Positions 47,405 to 55,203 of a stretch of DNA of 64,000 nucleotides are shown here, piece by piece (position 1 is the first letter of the stretch; the number at the start of each line of letters is the position of its first letter). The position numbers and the translations under genes were made by a program. The notes under the pieces are model-generated. The model was not told the origin of the DNA and did no database searches. It saw only the letters and a list, made by a program, of their open reading frames with translations. The DNA comes from Candidatus Iainarchaeum sp. (GTDB lineage: Archaea; Iainarchaeota; Iainarchaeia; Iainarchaeales; CSSED10-239). The stretch is from NCBI GenBank assembly GCA_028700115.1, contig JAQVTI010000002.1, positions 418-64,417 on the forward strand, given 5' to 3'.

Positions 47405-47578
47405 ATCTATTACCTTTTTTAAAAGATTAAATTTCACCTATTTTTTAAGAAATTAATTTTGGCAGAAATATATTTTCTTAAATTTTTAATAGATATGTAG
47501 TTTTTAGTTTATATATGATTTTTTTAGCACGGTATATGACCGAGAAAGTCCTTTTTCAATTTTAAAAACCTTTTTAAT

Positions 47579-47638
47579 ATATATTATATCTAATTTATAT
47601 ATATTATATTTAATTTATATATATTATATTTAATTTAT
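47579..47638. repeat. 20-bp tandem repeat x3 upstream of the GT2 gene
   Basis: atatattatat(c/t)taatttat occurs at 47579, 47599 and 47619. Confidence 0.85.
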
Positions 47639-47670
47639 TAACTTTTATATAATAAAAAAGGTAATTTTTA

Positions 47671-48999
47671 ATGAAAAAGAGCACAGTTTACATTCTTAAA
47701 AAATCTTTATTTTTTTTCTTTATTTTCTCTTTAATTGTAGGTATTTTTCTAGTTAGTCTTAGAGTTAGTATGTTTGGATTTCTAATAATCTCTTCATTTT
47801 ATTTATATTTATTAATTACTTTTTTATTTGTTTATTATTATTATCCAAATATTGAAAAAAAAGGAGATTTTCCAAAAAAAGCACCTACAGTTGCAGTTGT
47901 AACTTATGCTTATAATGATTTTAAACCTATAGAAAAAACAATTAAGCAACTTAAAAAATTAAAATACCCTATTCCTTTTACAATTTATGTTTTAACAGAT
48001 GGAACTTGTAAATTTTTACAAAAATATAAAAATGTAAAACTAATTCCTGTTTCAAAAGATCATTTTCAAAAAGGAAGAAATATTAAAGCAGAAATTATGA
48101 ATGAAGGTCTAAAGAAAATAAATGAAGAAAACTTATTTTGTTTAGATGGGGATACAATAGTTAATCCTAATGCATTAATTGAGATGACTAAGCTTCTAAA
48201 AGGAAAAGTTGCTGTAGTTAACACAACTTTAGTTCCAGCAAACACAAATAATTTTTTAGAAAAACTACAAATGTTTGAATATCATATTAATTGGGGTATG
48301 GCTATGAGAGTTTTATCTGCACTTAACTCTATTAGTATACCTGTTGGGGGATTATTTTTAATAAAAAATAAAGTATTTAGAGAATTAGATGGTTATGATA
48401 TTTATAATTTAACAGAAGATAGGGAGTTAGGATATAGGCTTTTAGAAAAAGGATATATTATAAGATATGTTTCAAAAGCAAAATCTTATACAATAAATCC
48501 TAATAATATAAAAGAATGGTATAGACAAAGACTTAGATGGACTAGAGGAGAACTTACAACTATTTTCAAACATAAACATTTTTTCTTTAACTCTAAATTA
48601 GGAACATTTGGTTCATTAGTTTTACCTTTTACATTTATTTTACAAACTATTGGAATTGCAATGGCTGCTGGTTTGATTTTAAACTTTTTTAGAAGATATT
48701 TCCATTCTATGTTTTTCTTAATTTTAGAAAGTATTAAGCAAGGAGTTTTTATTTTTAGAGTTCCAAATTTGTTTATTTTACCTTCAACTATGTATCTTGC
48801 AATTTTTTCAATAATTTTATTTATGATATATGCATTAAATGCATTTGGTTTAAGTGGGTTTAAATTTAAAGTTAAAGACATTTTACCATTTTGTTTATTT
48901 TTATTATTTTATACATTTTTTGTAGGAGGAGTTTATGTATGGTCTATATTTTTAGAAATTATAAACTATCCTTCACCTGTATTTAAAAGAAAAACTTAA
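47671..48999 (+). CDS. membrane-embedded processive family-2 glycosyltransferase (cellulose/chitin-synthase-like)
   Basis: CLDGDTIV, LTEDRELGYRL and QRLRWTRG (QxxRW) motifs, with flanking TM helices. Confidence 0.8.
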   Translation: MKKSTVYILKKSLFFFFIFSLIVGIFLVSLRVSMFGFLIISSFYLYLLITFLFVYYYYPNIEKKGDFPKKAPTVAVVTYAYNDFKPIEKTIKQLKKLKYPIPFTIYVLTDGTCKFLQKYKNVKLIPVSKDHFQKGRNIKAEIMNEGLKKINEENLFCLDGDTIVNPNALIEMTKLLKGKVAVVNTTLVPANTNNFLEKLQMFEYHINWGMAMRVLSALNSISIPVGGLFLIKNKVFRELDGYDIYNLTEDRELGYRLLEKGYIIRYVSKAKSYTINPNNIKEWYRQRLRWTRGELTTIFKHKHFFFNSKLGTFGSLVLPFTFILQTIGIAMAAGLILNFFRRYFHSMFFLILESIKQGVFIFRVPNLFILPSTMYLAIFSIILFMIYALNAFGLSGFKFKVKDILPFCLFLLFYTFFVGGVYVWSIFLEIINYPSPVFKRKT

Positions 49000-49014
49000 A
49001 ATATGTGATTTTAT

Positions 49015-49773
49015 ATGGTTAGAAAAAAAGAAATTAAGAAAAAAAAGAAAAAAGAATGTTATGATATTGATTTTTGTGAAAAACAAGAACATAAATTTAA
49101 TAGAAATATATTGTTTGTAACTTTGTTAATTTTATTAATTTTTATGGTTGCAATCTATTCTGGAATTGTTTTATATGATAAATATAAAAAACAACAAATT
49201 GTTGATGAAATGTCTTTATTAAATCAACAAATTATTTTAGATGATTTATATAATAGTTATTTAAAAGATATTAATTCATTAGAAGAAAAATGTGAAGTTT
49301 TGAATAATCAGTTAACCTCACAATTAAAAATAAATGAAAAACTTTTTGAAAATTTAAAAAATATAAATAGAAATGCAATTGTTGAAACTGATAATGAATT
49401 AAAATTTATGTATGTTTTAACAAATATCAAATTATGGCTTCATTATACAGAAATTGAAAAAAGTTGTATAACTGAAACAAAAACAGGACTTTATTTTTAT
49501 CCAGAGTATGCAGGTTATTCTAGTGAGAAAGCACAAAAAGATGCAGAAACTAGAGTTTTTGAAAAAAAATTAAGTAATTTTTTAGATGATTGTGGGAATT
49601 TTAGATCTATATCACTTCCATATATTGATTACATACCTATTTTAGATCAAATTATAAATGATTTAAATATTACAAAAGCACCTGCATTTTATTATAATGG
49701 TAAAGTGTATTATGATGTTCCTGTAGACCCAACACAAGAATTTTATGATTCATTTGGATGTATTAAAAAATAA
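49015..49773 (+). CDS. membrane-anchored hypothetical protein (coiled coil; C-terminus possibly thioredoxin-fold-like)
   Basis: Lys-rich N-terminus and a single TM. The C-terminal pattern ITKAPAFYYNGKVYY only weakly recalls DsbA-like proteins. Confidence 0.3.
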   Translation: MVRKKEIKKKKKKECYDIDFCEKQEHKFNRNILFVTLLILLIFMVAIYSGIVLYDKYKKQQIVDEMSLLNQQIILDDLYNSYLKDINSLEEKCEVLNNQLTSQLKINEKLFENLKNINRNAIVETDNELKFMYVLTNIKLWLHYTEIEKSCITETKTGLYFYPEYAGYSSEKAQKDAETRVFEKKLSNFLDDCGNFRSISLPYIDYIPILDQIINDLNITKAPAFYYNGKVYYDVPVDPTQEFYDSFGCIKK

Positions 49774-49814
49774 TATTTAACGAAAAATTGTTTTAAAATA
49801 TTAAAAAAAATATT

Positions 49815-50111
49815 TTGTTATATATAGCTATTGGGGTTTTAGCTTTAATAATTTTAATATTATTATTTAGCTCGGGCTCAGATAGTTTAAATAAAAAAAT
49901 CTATAAAAATTTAAATAAAAATGATTGGAAGATTTATGAAGATGAACAAATAAATCTTGCAATTGCTTATCCAAATTCTTTTTCTTATGAAAATTTAGAA
50001 AATTCAACAATTTTTCCAGATTCTCAAAAACCTGATTTTTATTATACATTTGATCCAATTGTTTTATATATTTATTTATTGTTTTCTATATTTTTTAAAT
50101 TATTTTGTTAG
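49815..50111 (+). CDS. hypothetical small membrane protein, possibly a truncated gene
   Basis: TTG start, one TM, and a low-complexity end. Confidence 0.2.
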   Translation: MLYIAIGVLALIILILLFSSGSDSLNKKIYKNLNKNDWKIYEDEQINLAIAYPNSFSYENLENSTIFPDSQKPDFYYTFDPIVLYIYLLFSIFFKLFC

Positions 50112-50127
50112 ATAGGCATTAAGTTAA

Positions 50128-50346
50128 ATATATTTAATAGATAATAGTTTTTGGGATGTTACAGTTTTAAATTATGGTTCTTCTGGAGCAGATAATTATG
50201 GTGTAACTGGAAAAACTGCAACTGAATTAAAAACACTTGTAACATATAGTGATTGGAATATTTCTACAACACAAGGAGATAGTTCTGTTATTTGGTATAT
50301 TGATGATGGAAATTATTATCCTCATTTACAATGGGAGTATCAATAA
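50128..50346 (+). pseudogene. orphan C-terminal fragment of an adhesin-like protein (no start codon)
   Basis: The open frame reads ... FWDVTVLNYGSSGADNYGVTGKTATELKTLVTYSDWNISTTQGDSSVIWYIDDGNYYPHLQWEYQ*. There is no ATG, GTG or TTG in frame. The motif matches the common adhesin C-terminal ending. Confidence 0.5.
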
Positions 50347-50348
50347 AT

Positions 50349-50999
50349 TTATTTTGTTTTATTTTTGAAATTACAAAATTTATTTATTTTACAATTTCTA
50401 CAAATTGGAGAAATAGGTTTGCATATGTTTTGGCCTAACATAACAAATAAATAATTAGTTTTATTCCATAAATCTTCTGGGATTTTTTTTCTTAAAACCA
50501 TTTCTGTTTCTAAAGGATTTTCGGTTTTAATAAATTCTATTCTATTAAAAATTCTGTGAACATGCGTGTCTACACAAATACCTGGAAGATTAAAGGCAAC
50601 TGATCTTACAAGATTAGCTGTTTTTCTTCCAACTCCTGGAAGTTTAATTAAATCTTCAATTTCAGAAGGTATTTGTTCATTAAATTCGTTGTTAATTACT
50701 TCTGGTAATTTTTTTAGAAATTCTGCTTTTTGTTTATAGAAACCTACTGGGTATAATAATTTTTCTAATTTTTTAATTTCTATTTTTTCTAGGTCTTTAA
50801 AATTTTTAATTTTTTTAAAAAGTTTATTACAAACCTTTGCAGTAGTTTCATCTTTTGTTCTAGCTGAAAGAATAGTTCCAATTAAAACAAAAAATGGTTT
50901 TTTTGTTTTAACTTGTATTTGTTCTGCAAGAGGTATTGTGTAATCTTTTAGACTTTCTTCTAAAATTTCATAAACTTCATATATGTCTTTTGAGTTCAT
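50349..50999 (-). CDS. nth: endonuclease III (HhH-GPD DNA glycosylase with an Fe-S cluster)
   Basis: LPGVGRKTANLV, VDTHVHR and C-x6-C-x2-C-x5-C (CKPISPICRNCKINKFC). Confidence 0.9.
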   Translation of the reverse strand: MNSKDIYEVYEILEESLKDYTIPLAEQIQVKTKKPFFVLIGTILSARTKDETTAKVCNKLFKKIKNFKDLEKIEIKKLEKLLYPVGFYKQKAEFLKKLPEVINNEFNEQIPSEIEDLIKLPGVGRKTANLVRSVAFNLPGICVDTHVHRIFNRIEFIKTENPLETEMVLRKKIPEDLWNKTNYLFVMLGQNICKPISPICRNCKINKFCNFKNKTK

Positions 51000-51001
51000 T
51001 T

Positions 51002-52303
51002 CTAAATTAATTTTCTTTTATTTAGTTTTGCAAATGAAAATAAAGAACTTCCTGAAAATTTTTGTTCTTTAGAAAACTCGCAATTTTTATAAACATCCAT
51101 TATGTTTCCTGCAAAGTTTAAATTTGTAATTGTTTCTTTATATTTTCCATTCTCAATTACTTTTCCACTATTAATTACTAATGTAAATTCTCCTGTATCA
51201 ATTTTATTAGTATGCATTCCAAGTATACTATAAACTAAAATTCCTTTTTTAGTTTTTGAAACTATATCTTCAATTGATTTTTTTCCAGGTTCTTGTAAAA
51301 TATTTGTGTGTCCTGTTAAGATTTGATTAATTAAAGTATTCCTAAATCCATTTCCAGTTGGTTTTTCTGAAAACTTAAGAGCATTTTCTTGATCGTATAT
51401 TTCTTTTTTGAAAACTCCTTTTTCAAATATCTTTTTTCTTGAAGTTTTAAATCCTTCATCATCAATTGCTTGGCTTCCTAAAAAATAATCTAAAAAAGGT
51501 TCTTCGTATAAGCTAAGTTTTTCTGAAAAAATTTGTTTATTTTTTTTATCTAATAAATATGATCTTCCTTTTTTTATATCTTCTCCAATACTTGCTTCTA
51601 GTAAAAATTTACTTAGAATTTGTTTGTTAACCTCAGGAGTTAAAATTATATCATATTCTCCTTTTTTTCCTACTTTTGGAGATAATTGATTATATGCATT
51701 AAATTTTGCTTGATTAAATACATTTTTTACATTTATATCTTTTTCTTTTGTAAAAGTTTGATAATGCCATCCATTTGAAGATTTATTATTTTTTTTTGTA
51801 ACAATGTAAGTTGATAAATCTATATATGAAGATTCTTGTTTATATGAGGTATATGGATTAAAATAACTTTCATATGAATTTATTTTATTTGCTTCACCTA
51901 TATAGTTTTTAAAATATTTTTCTTTAGTTAGATTTTTTTTAATTTCTGGAATTAGATCTCTTGCATTTAGGTCTTTTATGTCTTTGTCTTGTTTTATTTT
52001 TCTTTTAGAAGTTTGATTTCCAAAATCTGTAATTAAAGTTTTTGTTTTTAATTTAGAAATTTTTAAAGTTTTTCTAATAGCTTCAAGTATATTTTTTTTA
52101 GAAATATCTGTAATTGTAGTATCTGCAATTTTTCCTTTATTAATTGTTCTTACAAATAGTCTTTGAGATTCTTTATTTTCTACTTTATTTATATCAAATT
52201 TTTCAAAATTTATATTTTCTGAGTTTATTTCTCTATACATTATTTCAACATGCTTGTCTTCTGCTAATTTTTTACAATAATTATAAATTTCTTCTTTATT
52301 CAT
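51002..52303 (-). CDS. pmbA: TldE/PmbA-family metalloprotease subunit
   Basis: Paired with tldD and of family-typical length. ATG at 52303 after a GGAGGT SD. Confidence 0.75.
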   Translation of the reverse strand: MNKEEIYNYCKKLAEDKHVEIMYREINSENINFEKFDINKVENKESQRLFVRTINKGKIADTTITDISKKNILEAIRKTLKISKLKTKTLITDFGNQTSKRKIKQDKDIKDLNARDLIPEIKKNLTKEKYFKNYIGEANKINSYESYFNPYTSYKQESSYIDLSTYIVTKKNNKSSNGWHYQTFTKEKDINVKNVFNQAKFNAYNQLSPKVGKKGEYDIILTPEVNKQILSKFLLEASIGEDIKKGRSYLLDKKNKQIFSEKLSLYEEPFLDYFLGSQAIDDEGFKTSRKKIFEKGVFKKEIYDQENALKFSEKPTGNGFRNTLINQILTGHTNILQEPGKKSIEDIVSKTKKGILVYSILGMHTNKIDTGEFTLVINSGKVIENGKYKETITNLNFAGNIMDVYKNCEFSKEQKFSGSSLFSFAKLNKRKLI

Positions 52304-53663
52304 GTGTACTACCTCCAATTACAACATCTTTAATTTTCATGTATGGTCCAGAGTCATCTACATTTACTGATTGACCACCTTTTCCACAATATCCTGGTTC
52401 CCATTCATATGTGTTTCCTATGTCTTGGATGTTGTTTAGGTATTTTAATATACTTCCAGAAATTGAAGCTTGTTTGAAGTTATCAATAACTTCTCCTTTT
52501 TCATATTTTATAGCTTGTCTTATTCCAAACATAAAAGTTCCAACTGCAGGATCTACTTGTCCTCCAAAAGGTCTTTTTAATAGGTAACCTGTAAAGTCTT
52601 TTAATAAGTCTTTATTTTTCTTAGTTCCTTTTTTAAAATAAGTATTACTCATTCTAACAATTGGAATGTATATGTAGCTTTGAGCTCTTGCAGATCCATT
52701 TGATTTTTCTCCAAGAGTTGTTGCAGTTTCTATATCTTTTAGATATTCATTTACAACTCCATTTTTAATTAAATATTTTGGTCTTGATTTAAATCCTTCA
52801 TCATCATATGCAAAGTAACCATGTTTTTTAAGAGTAGGGTCATCTATTAAATTTATATTTTTATTTTTAGAAACAACTTGTCCCTTTCTTAAAACACTAT
52901 CCTCTAAAACTATAGCATCAGCTTCACTAGAATGCCCTATTGCTTCATGAGCTAGAAGTCCAGAAGTTTCTGAATCAATAATTACATTTGATTTTATTGC
53001 TGGACAAAGTTTAGCATTTATTTGTTTTTTTGAAAAATTGTAATTTTCATTTATTAATTTTGTGTAATCTGTTATATTATAAGTTTCAAGTCCACCCACA
53101 TTTGCAAACTTTTGATAATTACTTTCTATTTTATTATCTTTTTTTAAATTTATAAAATTTGCAATTGTGCTTGTAGGTGTTTCTTGATATATGAATGAAT
53201 AGGGGCTTACAAAGTATTTTTTTAAAATTTCCTCTTTTTTAAAAAGTTTTGTGTTTTTTACATATTCTTTTGAGAAATTTTCTGAATTAATTTTTTTAAG
53301 CTCTTTAACTTTTTTTTCAATATCTTTTTCTTCAAAATTTTTATATTTAAAAATAGCTTTTGCTTTATTTTTTGAAAAGTTTTCAAGATTTATTTTTTGA
53401 GTTATCTTTTTTGTGTTTTCTATACATTCATTAATTATTTTTTTATAATTTTCAATTTTATTAGTTGAACAAAAACCAATTTTTTTATCTAAGTAAACTC
53501 TAATACCAATTCCATTAATTTTTTCTTTTTTAATATCTTTTACATCTTTATTTTCTATTTCAATATAAGTTAGTTCTTTTTCTTCAATTCTAAAATCATA
53601 ATAATCTAAGTTTTTTGATTCAAGAAATTTTTTAATTTCATCAATTTTTTCTTCATAATTCAT
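52296..53663 (-). CDS. tldD: TldD-family metalloprotease
   Basis: HEAIGHSSEAD (HExxxH) and the C-terminal GGxxx ... GG pattern. Confidence 0.85.
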   Translation of the reverse strand: MNYEEKIDEIKKFLESKNLDYYDFRIEEKELTYIEIENKDVKDIKKEKINGIGIRVYLDKKIGFCSTNKIENYKKIINECIENTKKITQKINLENFSKNKAKAIFKYKNFEEKDIEKKVKELKKINSENFSKEYVKNTKLFKKEEILKKYFVSPYSFIYQETPTSTIANFINLKKDNKIESNYQKFANVGGLETYNITDYTKLINENYNFSKKQINAKLCPAIKSNVIIDSETSGLLAHEAIGHSSEADAIVLEDSVLRKGQVVSKNKNINLIDDPTLKKHGYFAYDDEGFKSRPKYLIKNGVVNEYLKDIETATTLGEKSNGSARAQSYIYIPIVRMSNTYFKKGTKKNKDLLKDFTGYLLKRPFGGQVDPAVGTFMFGIRQAIKYEKGEVIDNFKQASISGSILKYLNNIQDIGNTYEWEPGYCGKGGQSVNVDDSGPYMKIKDVVIGGSTHE

Positions 53664-53769
53664 ATTTTATCATTTTATAGATTTATATATATTATTTCTA
53701 TTTTTTTAGTATTTATATTAATATAGAAATATTTATATTATATTTTATTATATATTTATATATATTATT

Positions 53770-53850
53770 TTTTTTTAATATAATTTATTTTTTTTTAAAT
53801 ATAATTTATTTTTTTTTAAATATAATTTATTTTTTTAAATATAATAAAAT
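53770..53850. repeat. ~21-bp AT-only tandem repeat (aatataatttattttttttta-like) x3-4
   Basis: Read directly. Boundaries are approximate. Confidence 0.7.
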
Positions 53851-53912
53851 CTTTAAATAATTTTTTAAAAATAAAATAATATAATATATAATATTTTAAT
53901 AAATATGACGCT

Positions 53913-54434
53913 ATGACACAAAAAAAAATAACAGATTTTAAATATATTTCTAATAAAAAATATAGTTTTTCAAAATCTTTACTTTCTATTAAAAAAAATT
54001 CTTTTTTACATAATGTATATTATAGATTAATTGAAATTTCTATATTGTATAAATATAAAAATAGAATAAAATATGGTTTTATTTCATTAATAGGAGAATT
54101 TACTGATATTTTTATTTTATTTATTTTAACTCATTTTTTTAATTTTTATTATTTATTTTCTGCATTAATCTCTTATTTTTGTGCAATTTTTATTAATTTT
54201 AATTTAAATAAAAAATTCACATTTAAATATAATGAAAAAAATTTAAAAGAATATTTTTTATGTTTTCTAAAATATTTTTTAATTTCTATTGGTGGAATGA
54301 TAATTAATTTATCTCTTTTGGCATTTTTAGTAGAATTTTTTAGTATAAATTATTTAATTTCAAAATTAATTGTAAATATTATTGTTTTTATTTTTATATA
54401 TAAAGGGCATTCTTTTGTTTTAAAATTAAATTAA
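53913..54434 (+). CDS. GtrA-family membrane protein
   Basis: Four TMs with the FINFNLNKKFTFKY motif typical of GtrA-like proteins. Confidence 0.65.
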   Translation: MTQKKITDFKYISNKKYSFSKSLLSIKKNSFLHNVYYRLIEISILYKYKNRIKYGFISLIGEFTDIFILFILTHFFNFYYLFSALISYFCAIFINFNLNKKFTFKYNEKNLKEYFLCFLKYFLISIGGMIINLSLLAFLVEFFSINYLISKLIVNIIVFIFIYKGHSFVLKLN

Positions 54435-54451
54435 TATTTTTTTGATTTTTT

Positions 54452-54507
54452 ATAATTTTGTTCTAATTTTGTCATAATTTTGTTATAATTTTGTTATAAT
54501 TTTAATT
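54452..54507. repeat. ~11-bp tandem repeat (ataattttgtt) x5, degenerate, upstream of the pilin-like gene
   Basis: tataattttgttctaattttgtcataattttgttataattttgttataatttt. Confidence 0.7.
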
Positions 54508-54603
54508 TATCTTAAAATTAAATAAATTATATACCTTTTTATTTCTTTCTATTTACATATTTTTTTATTTATTTATTATTAAAATAAAAAAGGTGATATA
54601 AAT

Positions 54604-55077
54604 ATGAATAAAAAAGCAATTTCACCACTTATTGCAACAGTTTTGTTAATTGTTGTTGCAGTTGCATTAATTGCAATTGTTTTAAGTTGGGGAAAATCAT
54701 TTACAACACAAGGACTTTCAGAAACTGGAAATGTAGTTGATACAACTTGTACTGGTGCTACTATTACTATTCCTTCATGTAGTGTTAAAGATGGGAATAT
54801 AATATTTTATGTAACAAATAATAGTTCTACATATGATTTTGCAACATCAGATAATTTTGTATTTGATGTAACTAGTGATACTGGGGTTTATAATGCTGAT
54901 AATAATTTAAGTACATATACTTCAGAAGCATGGGCTGGATTATCAACAGGTGCAACTGTTCAAGTATCAGCATCTTTAACAACATTAGCTGTTACAGGAA
55001 ATAGTTATGATGTTGCTGTAAGATCTTCTATTTGTTCTTCTGATGCAGTTTATACATTTAAGAATTGTCATAGTTAG
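54604..55077 (+). CDS. archaeal type IV pilin-like protein (class III signal peptide)
   Basis: MNKKAISPLIATVLLIVVAVALIAIVLSWG N-terminus. SD AGGTGA upstream. Confidence 0.8.
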   Translation: MNKKAISPLIATVLLIVVAVALIAIVLSWGKSFTTQGLSETGNVVDTTCTGATITIPSCSVKDGNIIFYVTNNSSTYDFATSDNFVFDVTSDTGVYNADNNLSTYTSEAWAGLSTGATVQVSASLTTLAVTGNSYDVAVRSSICSSDAVYTFKNCHS

Positions 55078-55203
55078 ATAATTCTTTTCTTTTTTTTTAA
55101 TTAATTTTATTGCCGGGCATATTCTTAAATATAAATTTAATGTAATATATTTATGGATTATAATTTTAATAAAAAAGCAATCTCACCATAAATTGCAACT
55201 GTT

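Noticed and set aside
47521-47555. A small GC-containing patch (agcacggtatatgaccgagaaagtcc) upstream of the PolB-like gene as a possible small RNA.
   Set aside because: Only a 4-bp stem (cggt/accg) can be drawn. There are no C/D or H/ACA box motifs and no tRNA-like features.
55189-55191. TAA reassigned as a sense codon (an alternative genetic code).
   Set aside because: TAA is the stop codon of most confidently identified genes in this window (for example rpl3, rpl4 and rpl2). I saw no other conserved gene that needs TAA read-through.
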